A stretch of DNA of 64,000 bases from an uncultured Candidatus Saccharibacteria bacterium (GTDB taxonomy: Bacteria > Patescibacteriota > Minisyncoccia > Phycocordibacterales > UBA918), in contig CAZRNZ010000001.1 of NCBI GenBank assembly GCA_964601615.1, forward strand, positions 185,968 to 249,967, given 5' to 3'. Below the pieces are notes generated by a model. The model was given only the letters and a program-made list of their open reading frames with translations. It was not told the origin of the DNA and ran no database searches. Below are positions 29,563-38,921 of the stretch, in pieces (the first letter of the stretch is position 1; every line of letters begins with the position of its first letter). The position numbers and the translations under genes are program-made.

Positions 29563-29622
29563 ATGTAAGATTACTTGAAAGTAACCCGACTATATTACTG
29601 ATTTATTATACTAAAGTCAATC

Positions 29623-30171
29623 TCATTTCCAGTTATTAGCTGCACTGACTTCATGACCTGAAATAGATAAAGTATTAGAAGACAACCAAAAAACATTCTG
29701 ATTGGTGTCTGAACTAACAGACAAATCCTGATCAAATGAGAGTTTAAAAACCTTATCTTCAGCTACAGAATATATAAAATTTACACAACTGTTATCTCCC
29801 TCATCCATTTCAGCACAGTAATGAACATATAAACCATCTGGTGAAATGTTAGTTGATGCAATTCCTGTATGGAAACCGTCTTCTGTAGAAACACCCAAAA
29901 CCTTACCGCTCAAAATTCTTTCTTCGCCATCCTTTGACACAAATAACCCTTCTTCGTTATTTAAGATGCTAACAGAGGAAGCTTGAGCAACATTAGCAAC
30001 CCTCTTAACATCAACAGCTTCAACAAAGTTAATATGTTCTTTCTTGTTATCTAAAGAAAAAGCTATAAATGCCGTAGTGAAACCAATCACATAAGCCAAA
30101 ACAACTAAAATTATTTGTTCATTTTTCATTAGGTTAATTATGTACATCAGAAGATAATCTGTCCATAACAA
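29623..30171 (-). CDS. hypothetical membrane-anchored secreted protein
   Basis: TM near the N-terminus (IILVVLAYVIGFTTAFIAF), then a Ser-rich soluble domain. Start may be the internal Met (~30129). Confidence 0.5.
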   Translation of the reverse strand: MLWTDYLLMYIINLMKNEQIILVVLAYVIGFTTAFIAFSLDNKKEHINFVEAVDVKRVANVAQASSVSILNNEEGLFVSKDGEERILSGKVLGVSTEDGFHTGIASTNISPDGLYVHYCAEMDEGDNSCVNFIYSVAEDKVFKLSFDQDLSVSSDTNQNVFWLSSNTLSISGHEVSAANNWK

Positions 30172-30183
30172 AACTGTGAATTA

Positions 30184-31149
30184 CTAACACTTAGCAGTTT
30201 CAATTAAGTGGACAATAAAATCATCATAACTATGACCAATCGCAGAAAGTGCTTTAGGTACCAAAGATTGTTCTGTTAATCCTGGTAACGTATTTGTTTC
30301 AAGGAAATAAATTCCTTTATTATTTACAATAAAATCACTTCTGGAATACTGCCTTAATCCTAAAATATTATGAGCCTTAAGAGCAGCATTTGCTAAGGAC
30401 TCTTTTTCTTCTCTAGAAAACCTACCTGGACAAATCTCTTCGGTCTGACCATTATATTTTACGTCGTAATCAAAAAAACCATACTCAGCCGGCGGAATTA
30501 TTTCTATACAAGGTAAGCTGTAATATTTTTCACCCCGCAGTCCTTCAACAATTCCTACAGTAGCTTCTTTACCAAGGATTAGTTCTTCCACCAAAACTTC
30601 TTCATTATTTTTCAGAGAATCTGTTAAGGCACGGACTAATTCATGTACTCCATTTGCCCGATACGTATCAATAGACGAGCCACCATTAACTGGCTTTACA
30701 ATATAAGAAGGACCAAACAAAGACTCAATTGAAGTTGCTACACGTCTAATATCTGTACTAGCCCGACTAACTCGTAGATGTGCTGGCATTTTTATTCCAG
30801 CTGACCTGAGAGATTCTTTCGTCAAGATCTTATTCATTGCAATTGCTGATGGATATGACTGACTCCCTGTATATGGAACACCAACCCAATCAAGAATTCT
30901 TTGCACAGTTCCATCTTCTCCATAAGTACCATGGAGAGCGATAAAAACAACATCAACACCCACAACTGCTTCGGCTGGTTTTCTTACAAATCCATTTATT
31001 AACCATTCTCCCTGACGATTAACCAAAATATCCACAGTGGAAATTCCTTGCCTAGCAAGAGAATCTAAAACTCCACGACCAGTCTTGAGCGAAACTTCAT
31101 ACTCACTACTTGGCCCACCTCTTAAGACTGCAACCCTTAGGTTTCTCAT
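30184..31149 (-). CDS. ddl: D-alanine--D-alanine ligase
   Basis: ATP-grasp fold; N-domain HGTYGEDGTVQ, C-terminal ...ETNTLPGLT motif. Confidence 0.85.
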   Translation of the reverse strand: MRNLRVAVLRGGPSSEYEVSLKTGRGVLDSLARQGISTVDILVNRQGEWLINGFVRKPAEAVVGVDVVFIALHGTYGEDGTVQRILDWVGVPYTGSQSYPSAIAMNKILTKESLRSAGIKMPAHLRVSRASTDIRRVATSIESLFGPSYIVKPVNGGSSIDTYRANGVHELVRALTDSLKNNEEVLVEELILGKEATVGIVEGLRGEKYYSLPCIEIIPPAEYGFFDYDVKYNGQTEEICPGRFSREEKESLANAALKAHNILGLRQYSRSDFIVNNKGIYFLETNTLPGLTEQSLVPKALSAIGHSYDDFIVHLIETAKC

Positions 31150-31166
31150 TAATTGATTATAACACC

Positions 31167-32405
31167 CTATTTAAATTTAGAGTTGCGTTTTTGACGATGA
31201 TATCCGATAGAAAAACGGTGAGCTTCTGCGTTGGCAAGCAAAATAGCGTCATGATGTTTTTTTAAAATAGTTTGTGGGCCTATGATACGGACTGGTCGGT
31301 GGCGGTCGTCTTTGACGACCGCTACAACTGGAATAACTAATTCCCTCTTTCGTAAAATCCTTTCAGCTACATTTTTCTGAATAGTATTTCCGTCCACAGC
31401 AATAATTTGTGGCATAGGCCATTCATCATGATGCAACCTCCTTTCCAGAACTTCTCGCAATGCAGCAGGATCGTTTGCTCCAGTAACACTCTGAATTTTG
31501 AACTTTCTATATTCTGAACGTTTTATTTCCCCACCTTCAACAACAGTCATCACACCAACCATATCGTCCCCTTGTAAATGAGCGACATCATAAGCCTCAA
31601 TTCTTACGGAATTTTCATCACGATAAATTCTTGAATCATCTTTAATAAGTGCAATGTCCTGAATATGTTGAAGTGCAAATATCTTCTTTTTTACAACACC
31701 CGCTTCTTCAAACCTCTCGGTTTTAGCAAGTTTTTGCATTTCTTTTTCTAACTCCTTGATTATTTGACCTTTTTTTCCTTCAAAAAAAAGACGAATATGT
31801 CGAATAGCGAGAAGGTAATCTTCTTTGTTTTGTTCGGTTGGATATAAACCAATCTGGCGATTAAAGTCTATTTTACCTTTCTCTAATTTAGATTTCTCTT
31901 CGCCCACAGGTCTCTTCATGTCATAAAACTGAAATAGACGACGAACGATTTTTAAAGCTTCACGAAAAAGCATTCCACTAGGAAATGGACCAAAATGGTA
32001 ACTGGCGTCATAATCATCTAAATCCTTACCGCGAACCACTAAAACTCTTGGCCACTCTTCATTGGTAACAATAAGATGGTTGTAGCTCTTATCATCTTTG
32101 GAGATTGTATTGTATTTTGGCTTATGGGTTCTGATGAGATTAGTCTCCAAAATCATTGCCTCAAGCACAGAATCAGTCACCGTCCACTCGACAGTCTTGG
32201 CTTCTTCTACCATTTTTTCTATTAATACTGAACGCTTTTCTCTGATATCAGAACCAAAATAACTTCCGACTCGACTCTTGAGCGAAGTAGCTTTTCCAAT
32301 ATATAAAATATCTTTTCTGGTACCAAGAAAAAAGTACACTCCGGGTGAACTGGGGATATTTTTCTTTTTTAAATCTTCTTTAGTCATGACAGAAAGGTGG
32401 CGCAA
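31167..32405 (-). CDS. uvrC: excinuclease ABC subunit C, short form
   Basis: N-terminal GIY-YIG (PGVYFFLGTRKDILYIGKATSLKSRVGSYF), C-terminal RNase H-like endonuclease region (EAHRFSIGYHRQKR). Only 412 aa, with no C-terminal (HhH)2 domain. 22 nt upstream of uvrA. Confidence 0.8.
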   Translation of the reverse strand: MRHLSVMTKEDLKKKNIPSSPGVYFFLGTRKDILYIGKATSLKSRVGSYFGSDIREKRSVLIEKMVEEAKTVEWTVTDSVLEAMILETNLIRTHKPKYNTISKDDKSYNHLIVTNEEWPRVLVVRGKDLDDYDASYHFGPFPSGMLFREALKIVRRLFQFYDMKRPVGEEKSKLEKGKIDFNRQIGLYPTEQNKEDYLLAIRHIRLFFEGKKGQIIKELEKEMQKLAKTERFEEAGVVKKKIFALQHIQDIALIKDDSRIYRDENSVRIEAYDVAHLQGDDMVGVMTVVEGGEIKRSEYRKFKIQSVTGANDPAALREVLERRLHHDEWPMPQIIAVDGNTIQKNVAERILRKRELVIPVVAVVKDDRHRPVRIIGPQTILKKHHDAILLANAEAHRFSIGYHRQKRNSKFK

Positions 32406-32429
32406 GCTTCGCTAGCGCCACCTTTAATA

Positions 32430-35063
32430 TTACTTCTTTAACATCTTTTTCAAATACCTGCCTGTGTGTGACTTTTCATTTTTCGCCACATCTTCGGGAG
32501 AACCTTTGGCAATCAATTGTCCACCACCTTGTCCACCTTCTGGTCCGATATCAATCAAATAATCAGCACACTTAATCAAATCAAGATTATGTTCAATCAC
32601 CATCACAGTATTTCCACGATTTACCAATTCTTGCAGAATCTCAATCAACTTTCGAACATCCTCATAATGGAGACCAATCGTAGGTTCGTCCAAAAGATAA
32701 ATAGTCTTTTGGGTGTGTGGACGATAAAGTTCCGAAGCAATTTTTACTCGTTGTGCTTCTCCACCAGAAAGGGTTGTAGCGCTTTGTCCAAGTTCCAAGT
32801 AACCTAATCCAACATTAAGCAAACTAAATAAACGCTCAGAAATAGCTGGCACATCGATGAAAAATTCGTGAGCCTCTTCAATTGTCATATGTAAGACTTC
32901 ATGAATATTTTTCCCACGGTAAGTTACCTCCAAAGTTTCTTTAGTAAATCTTTTTCCGTCACAGACATCACAAGTTACATAAACTGTCGGTAAGAAATGC
33001 ATTTCTACCGCAATTTCTCCATTTCCCTGACAAGCCTCACAGCGACCACCTTTCACATTGAAAGAAAATCTCCCAGGCTTCCAACCACGTGCTCTAGCTT
33101 CGCTTGTAGCAGCAAACATATCTCGAATGTGTGTAAATGCTCCAGTATAAGTAGCAGGGTTTGACCTTGGCGTACGACCAATTGGCGATTGGTCAATCAA
33201 AACAGAACGACCAAGATACTCAGTACCCGTAATTGAAGAAACGTTATAAGTTTTTGCAGTACGATATTTTCTCTCTAACCTTGCTTGAAGATTCTTATAA
33301 AGAATTTCATACATGAAAGTAGACTTTCCACTACCAGATACTCCTGTTATAGCAATGAGTCTTCCTAGAGGAATATCCACATTCATATTTTTGATATTAA
33401 ATGCTTTACCACCCTTTATTTGTATCTTTCCTTTCTCTCCGTCACGACGTTTTGGTACTTCAATTTTTTTATCACCACGAAGATAATCCAAAGTTACTGA
33501 ACCAGATTCATTTTCTTTGTCTGACAAAAGTTTACCGAGATAGTCTGCAACAACTACATTTCCACCATGGATACCAGCACCAGGCCCAATATCTATCAAG
33601 TAATCTGCTGCATAAATAGTATCCTCGTCATGTTCTACAACAATAATTGTATTTCCAAGATCTCGTAGTGAAGTTAATGTAGCAATTAACTTATCGTTAT
33701 CTCTTTGATGTAAACCAATAGTCGGTTCATCAAGCACGTAAAGTGCACCTACAAGTCCAGAACCAAGCTGTGAAGCTAATCGAATACGCTGCGCTTCTCC
33801 ACCAGAAAGAGTGTTGGCTCGGCGACCCAGAGTTAAGTACTCAATACCCACGTTTTGCATAAACTCCAAACGCTCAATAATTTCACGCAGAGCCGGCCAA
33901 GCAATATCTTGCTGTTTCTTAGAAAGTTTCAAGCTAGCAATAAAATCACTCGCTTCATTAACTGTCATTGAAGTAAAGTCAACGATATTTTTTCCAGTTT
34001 TTGGATCACCACCTAAATACACACGCAATGCCTCAGGACGCAAACGCTCACCCTTACAAGAAGGACATTCATCATTTTGGAAGATTCCCACCACTCCCAA
34101 ACCGTTACATTCTGGACAAGCACCATAAGGAGAGTTGAAAGAGAAAAGCCTTGGCTCAACTTCAGGAAAAGAAGAACCGTCAACTGGGCAAATAAATTTA
34201 GCAGACAAAATACGTTCAGTTCCATCTGGACTCTCAATCTTCACCAAACCATTAGATTCTTTAAGTGCCAATTCAACCGCTTCACTCAAACGCTCTCGAG
34301 AACTCTTTGGATCATCGGTAAATTCACTAACATAAATTCCATCCACCAATACATCAATATCGTGACGTGCAGTTTTTTTCAACTCAATTCTTTCACGTAG
34401 CTGTTTGATTTCTCCATCGATCTTTACAGTTTCGTAACCTTTATTCAACAAGTCATAAAGCAATTGATAGTACTCACCTTTACGACCAACAACCAGTGGC
34501 GCAAAGATTCCAACCTTTCCTTTTGATACTTCAATACCAAGCACCTTTTCTTTTTTTGCCTCTTTTACTTCCTTTTCTTCCACTGACTTAAGAATGATAT
34601 TCAAAATTTCATCCTGTGAAAGTTTTTCGATTGCCACATCTTCATTGAGACAATAAGGTTGACCAACACGTGAGTAAAGAATACGTAGATAGTCGTAAAT
34701 TTCCGTAATAGTTGCCACTGTTGAACGAGGATTTCGACTAGCTGACTTTTGGTCAATAGAAATAGCCGGCGACAAACCACTTATTTCATCAACATCTGGC
34801 TTTTGAAGTTTATTAAGAAATTGGCGAGCATAGGCAGAAAGTGATTCAACATATCGTCTTTGCCCTTCGGCAAAAATTGTGTCGAATGCTAACGAGGACT
34901 TACCACTCCCTGAAGGGCCTGTAATAGCAATCATTTTGCCACGCGGCATTTCTACCGATATATTTTTCAGGTTATGGGTACGCGCGCCACGCACTACGAT
35001 TTTATTATCGCTTTCTCCTTTACCTTTTACTTCCCAAGTAGTTTTTGTCTTTTTTGTCGCCAT
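32430..35063 (-). CDS. uvrA: excinuclease ABC subunit A
   Basis: Two ABC modules ([15 protein letters not shown]; [15 protein letters not shown]), zinc-finger Cys clusters, signature LSGGE twice. 877 aa. Confidence 0.95.
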   Translation of the reverse strand: MATKKTKTTWEVKGKGESDNKIVVRGARTHNLKNISVEMPRGKMIAITGPSGSGKSSLAFDTIFAEGQRRYVESLSAYARQFLNKLQKPDVDEISGLSPAISIDQKSASRNPRSTVATITEIYDYLRILYSRVGQPYCLNEDVAIEKLSQDEILNIILKSVEEKEVKEAKKEKVLGIEVSKGKVGIFAPLVVGRKGEYYQLLYDLLNKGYETVKIDGEIKQLRERIELKKTARHDIDVLVDGIYVSEFTDDPKSSRERLSEAVELALKESNGLVKIESPDGTERILSAKFICPVDGSSFPEVEPRLFSFNSPYGACPECNGLGVVGIFQNDECPSCKGERLRPEALRVYLGGDPKTGKNIVDFTSMTVNEASDFIASLKLSKKQQDIAWPALREIIERLEFMQNVGIEYLTLGRRANTLSGGEAQRIRLASQLGSGLVGALYVLDEPTIGLHQRDNDKLIATLTSLRDLGNTIIVVEHDEDTIYAADYLIDIGPGAGIHGGNVVVADYLGKLLSDKENESGSVTLDYLRGDKKIEVPKRRDGEKGKIQIKGGKAFNIKNMNVDIPLGRLIAITGVSGSGKSTFMYEILYKNLQARLERKYRTAKTYNVSSITGTEYLGRSVLIDQSPIGRTPRSNPATYTGAFTHIRDMFAATSEARARGWKPGRFSFNVKGGRCEACQGNGEIAVEMHFLPTVYVTCDVCDGKRFTKETLEVTYRGKNIHEVLHMTIEEAHEFFIDVPAISERLFSLLNVGLGYLELGQSATTLSGGEAQRVKIASELYRPHTQKTIYLLDEPTIGLHYEDVRKLIEILQELVNRGNTVMVIEHNLDLIKCADYLIDIGPEGGQGGGQLIAKGSPEDVAKNEKSHTGRYLKKMLKK

Positions 35064-35160
35064 ATTTATAAATATTTAACCAAACAACGCGCTTACCTCC
35101 GGTTGGTGCCGAAGGTTTTATATAGTGTTTATAGAATACAATAGCATCTATAAAAAAGAT

Positions 35161-35184
35161 AGGGTGCACCATGGGTGCACCCTT
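35161..35184. promoter_or_regulatory. perfect palindrome GGGTGCACC-atg-GGTGCACCC upstream of uvrA
   Basis: 9-bp inverted repeat ~100 nt upstream of the uvrA start; candidate operator. Confidence 0.35.
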
Positions 35185-35351
35185 AAGTTAAATCACTCTA
35201 TCGGAAGAATGATATATCAGACTATTTCTAGTCAGTTGTCCGTGATCAATCGGAATAGATCGGGTTTTCTCCTTAAACAAACAACCTGAGGCGGGACTCT
35301 TTCAAGCAATTGGTTGTTGCGCTCTTTTGAGCAAGGAGCAATTAGGATATT

Positions 35352-35385
35352 AACATAAAACAAAGGCGGGCGCGAAGCACCCGCC
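35352..35385 (-). terminator. GGCGGGCG-cgaag-CACCCGCC hairpin plus T-rich tail on minus
   Basis: ~100 nt downstream of the stop of 35481..36533. Confidence 0.5.
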
Positions 35386-35480
35386 TACTCTCATCTACCC
35401 ATCTTTATATTATAGCACATTTTTAACGTTTTATCAACCAAAAAACCACAGAACAATCTGTGGCTTTTTGATCTTAATGA

Positions 35481-36533
35481 TTAAGTCTCTTGGAATTCTG
35501 GTAAGACCTTTACCTTAGCTGAAGCAGGGTTACCTGGACAGTCTAAGAGGTAATCGATTTCACCTCTTTGTAATAAGTCTCTGTATGTACCAGTTTGTTG
35601 TAGGTTGTCTAGAATAACTATACTACCTTTCTTTAGTGTACAAGTGTGAGCTAAGCTAGTACCAATGTCGTAGGTTAATGTAACTGTATCACCAGGTCGG
35701 ACAACTTCTCTGTCAACAGTCAGTGTTGCTCCTACTCCGTATTCAATTACCACATTAGTACTTGCACTAGCACTACCACCTTCTCCGCTACAAGATATTC
35801 TGTATGGTGAGTATCCTAGGGTTGATCTAATGTCTGTTCTTAACTCAGAGCCGCCAGAAGCTGACTTACTACCGCTCCAGTCACCTGTTCCTAGACAGCT
35901 ATTTGCTCTAGATACAGACCAACTAATAACTGAGTTGCCTCCATAGATGATTCTGTTTGGGTTAGCACTGATGCTAACTGAAGGAGGTGGGGGTGGGTAA
36001 TAACAACTACTTCCACTCCATGAACCACCACTCCTTTGACAGTCACCTACTGGGTCGTAGTAGACAGGTGGTTGGGTTGGTCCGCCGCCTCCAGGACCTG
36101 GAGGCTGAGGTCTTCCGTCACAGTTACCTATACAAACATTTGGTGGCTGAGGGCAGGTGCCGAATGCCCAACAGGGGTCAGAAATAATAGGAGGGCAAGT
36201 ACCTAATTGTTCACAAGTAGGTGGTGGTTCTGGTGGTGGAATTTCAATTACCACTGGACAGTTGCCGTAATATTCACAAGGGCAAGTGCCGAAAGTCCAA
36301 CAACCAGAATTATTACTATTATCATCATCACTACCACTAGTACCGCCGCCGCCGTTACTCAGAGCATTAGAACAACCACCTTCAGACACCCATCTATCTT
36401 CCCAGTCACTAAGACTTATAGCACAAGAAACATCAGCTGGTATTAAAGTATAGGTAAAAACTAATACCATAAAAGCTAATACAGCATAAAAAAATGATGA
36501 ATTAGCAAATGTACTTCTTAAATAATTTATCAT
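35481..36533 (-). CDS. Cys/Pro/Gly-rich secreted repeat protein with C-terminal beta-rich domain
   Basis: N-terminal TM/signal, then repeated W(T/A)FGTCP.../EQLGTCPP motifs, PPPEPPP and GPGGGGP tracts, 20+ Cys. C-terminal ~150 aa is Ig-like (Thr/Val/Gly-rich). Confidence 0.6.
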   Translation of the reverse strand: MINYLRSTFANSSFFYAVLAFMVLVFTYTLIPADVSCAISLSDWEDRWVSEGGCSNALSNGGGGTSGSDDDNSNNSGCWTFGTCPCEYYGNCPVVIEIPPPEPPPTCEQLGTCPPIISDPCWAFGTCPQPPNVCIGNCDGRPQPPGPGGGGPTQPPVYYDPVGDCQRSGGSWSGSSCYYPPPPPSVSISANPNRIIYGGNSVISWSVSRANSCLGTGDWSGSKSASGGSELRTDIRSTLGYSPYRISCSGEGGSASASTNVVIEYGVGATLTVDREVVRPGDTVTLTYDIGTSLAHTCTLKKGSIVILDNLQQTGTYRDLLQRGEIDYLLDCPGNPASAKVKVLPEFQET

Positions 36534-36542
36534 ATATATAAT

Positions 36543-37718
36543 TTATTCTACCCAATCACTAACAAAGACATGATCCTGTCGGAAACTTCTCAAATCAATA
36601 GAGTATTGAACCTTACTCAAATCATCTAAGCGCCAGATGCTTAAGGATGGTTTTGGATCACCTATTACTACCATTTGGGATGAAAAAGCATTCCAATCAA
36701 CTTCTTGCAGGGCAATGAATTTATTATCTGGTGAAAATACTGGCCAAAAACCAGTGGCATCGAAGTCTACTCTAGGATTAATAATACTAATTGGACTAGT
36801 TATATCAATATCAAATATATGTAGTCTCTTAGCATCAGGGATTGATACAGCTAAGAGTTTGCCGTCTTTGGATACACCCATCTTAGAGTTGATTTGGATA
36901 GAGATATTACTATTGTACGGAATAAGCATTTGCTCTAAACCAGTGCTGAGGACTTTATAATAAACACCATCATTTTTAAAATAAACAATCAAGTCATTGG
37001 TAATCCATTTTGGATAAGTACCATTGCCAATTACTGTTTCACCCATAGTAGAGATTAATCTAATGGTATATTCCTCTGCTGGTCTAATGTGATTTTGATC
37101 ACCAGGGTAGTTATCGAGAGAATGCATTAGTATTTCTCCATTGTTGTTAACACCAGTTAATGTTTTTGCTTTACCTGAAACAAAAGATACTCTTTTAGCG
37201 TTGTCTTTGATTTCTTGGAATTTATCTTTGTCACTAGCAGAACCATTTGTTTTTACTGGGGATAGGTACATCTGAAAACCAGTTAGAGAATTTGGATCAA
37301 AATTTCCTATTTTTGTATCAGATGCTGTGACCCCATAAAAAGCCGCCCACTTCCCATCAGGTGAGAATATAACATCTCTGGCAAGGCCATAACCATTATC
37401 CCCATAATAGTCTAATTCAGTGTATACAATCCTTTCTCTTTCAAAATCAAACACGAAAGGCACTGTAGTAATTTTCTCAGTAATATTTGGTGCCAACGAA
37501 AGGAATAACTTACCAGATAATTCAGCATCTTTATCACCACTAACATATTGCTGATTTGCTTTTAGTTCAGGATCACTATCTAGAGTACTCCAAATAATAC
37601 CCTCTCCTGCTTTGTAGTTTGTGTATGCATTGAAAGAAATAAAAGCAATTGCAATAACAGCCACAATAGCTAAGGTAATGTAAATAACTTTTGTTATTAG
37701 GCTTAGGCTTATTTTCAT
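36543..37718 (-). CDS. secreted beta-propeller (TolB/PD40-like repeat) protein
   Basis: N-terminal TM, then repeated SPDGK/SPDNK-type blade motifs (VIFSPDGKWAAFYG; VFSPDNKFIALQ). Confidence 0.55.
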   Translation of the reverse strand: MKISLSLITKVIYITLAIVAVIAIAFISFNAYTNYKAGEGIIWSTLDSDPELKANQQYVSGDKDAELSGKLFLSLAPNITEKITTVPFVFDFERERIVYTELDYYGDNGYGLARDVIFSPDGKWAAFYGVTASDTKIGNFDPNSLTGFQMYLSPVKTNGSASDKDKFQEIKDNAKRVSFVSGKAKTLTGVNNNGEILMHSLDNYPGDQNHIRPAEEYTIRLISTMGETVIGNGTYPKWITNDLIVYFKNDGVYYKVLSTGLEQMLIPYNSNISIQINSKMGVSKDGKLLAVSIPDAKRLHIFDIDITSPISIINPRVDFDATGFWPVFSPDNKFIALQEVDWNAFSSQMVVIGDPKPSLSIWRLDDLSKVQYSIDLRSFRQDHVFVSDWVE

Positions 37719-37895
37719 ATTAGGTGAATTATATAAGCTTAATAAACTATTTGATATATCTACAATGTGGACAGTGGGTTGTTTTAGAATATAAATTGAC
37801 AGAGCTAATTTTAATAGATAGTGTTCCCTTGTCGCCCTCTAGGCAGGGTCTCACTCAAACCATAGCCGGCAGATGTCGAGCCATTGGAGGAAAAG

Positions 37896-38513
37896 ATGAG
37901 CAGTACTTTAAATACCAAAACTGAACAGGTCCTATCTGACGAAAAGTTCCTTAAAGAACTTGAGACCAGAATTGGAATCCGCTTAATAATTTTTAAAGAT
38001 AAATATAATAGACCTAGATGTAACGTGTTTTTGTTTGGATTCACTGATTCAACAAGAACAAATTTCTACTGGCTTGAAACTGGAATATCAGTAGTTAGTC
38101 TCGGAAAAATTAAATTCGAGGTTTGGAGAAAAGATATAGCAGGTAATTTTCGAACAACCCTTCTAAGTTGGGAAGAACGTCATGCCTATTTATATCCTCT
38201 ATCTAATAAAAATGGCCTAACATGGTGGGACAAACTTGTAACAAACGAGCTGTTTACTTGTATAAGTGTATTTTCACCAGATGTTGTATTTGAGAAAATT
38301 TCATTTATTTCACCAGATGATAACCGGTTACAAATATTTTATGGTTTGCTTTCTGCTAATATAGCAAACTACGCGCATGATATAGCGATAGCTGCCCACA
38401 AACACTCGAGTATTCGAGATATTGCAGAAGCTTTAGGAGTTGTATCGAAGAGACTTAATGGCTTTGTCTCTGAAAATTATTTTGATGGTTTTGGTATTCC
38501 AGATGATGTCTGA
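37896..38513 (+). CDS. hypothetical soluble protein (orphan, own promoter and terminator)
   Basis: ATG at 37896 with GGAGG 5 nt upstream (the ORF track's 37884 start is a TTG). 205 aa, aromatic-rich, no motif recognised. Confidence 0.55.
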   Translation: MSSTLNTKTEQVLSDEKFLKELETRIGIRLIIFKDKYNRPRCNVFLFGFTDSTRTNFYWLETGISVVSLGKIKFEVWRKDIAGNFRTTLLSWEERHAYLYPLSNKNGLTWWDKLVTNELFTCISVFSPDVVFEKISFISPDDNRLQIFYGLLSANIANYAHDIAIAAHKHSSIRDIAEALGVVSKRLNGFVSENYFDGFGIPDDV

Positions 38514-38523
38514 AATATAAATT

Positions 38524-38553
38524 AAGGCGGTCGCTATGCGACCGCCTTTTTCT
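38524..38553 (+). terminator. AAGGCGGTCGC-tat-GCGACCGCCTT hairpin plus TTTTTC
   Basis: Textbook intrinsic terminator 10 nt after the stop. Confidence 0.75.
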
Positions 38554-38776
38554 ATCCCCTATTTTTCAATTTATAAGAAACTAAAACAAGTACAATTCCA
38601 ACACAGAATAACAAAGCCATCATTAACAACTGCAAAGACATACCACCCAAATAACTAAATGGAAAAGCGCCATTTATAATCCAGAGATATCTATCATAAT
38701 CTCCGTGAATAAACTGATATAAAAATAAGGGACTTATCATAAATATCAATCCAGTGATTTTTAAAAATGTTTTCAT
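38552..38776 (-). CDS. hypothetical small two-TM membrane protein
   Basis: 74-aa ORF, two hydrophobic helices. Low GC. Confidence 0.35.
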   Translation of the reverse strand: MKTFLKITGLIFMISPLFLYQFIHGDYDRYLWIINGAFPFSYLGGMSLQLLMMALLFCVGIVLVLVSYKLKNRG

Positions 38777-38921
38777 ATATAAATCTTATTTAAATTTGGG
38801 GTCTATTTTTAATATATAAAATTATTGAATTATTTGGAAAATTAAATTTAACAAATATCTTTAGAAAATATCCAAATTAAAACAAAAATTAAAATTATAA
38901 ATAAATCAAAATCTAAAACCA

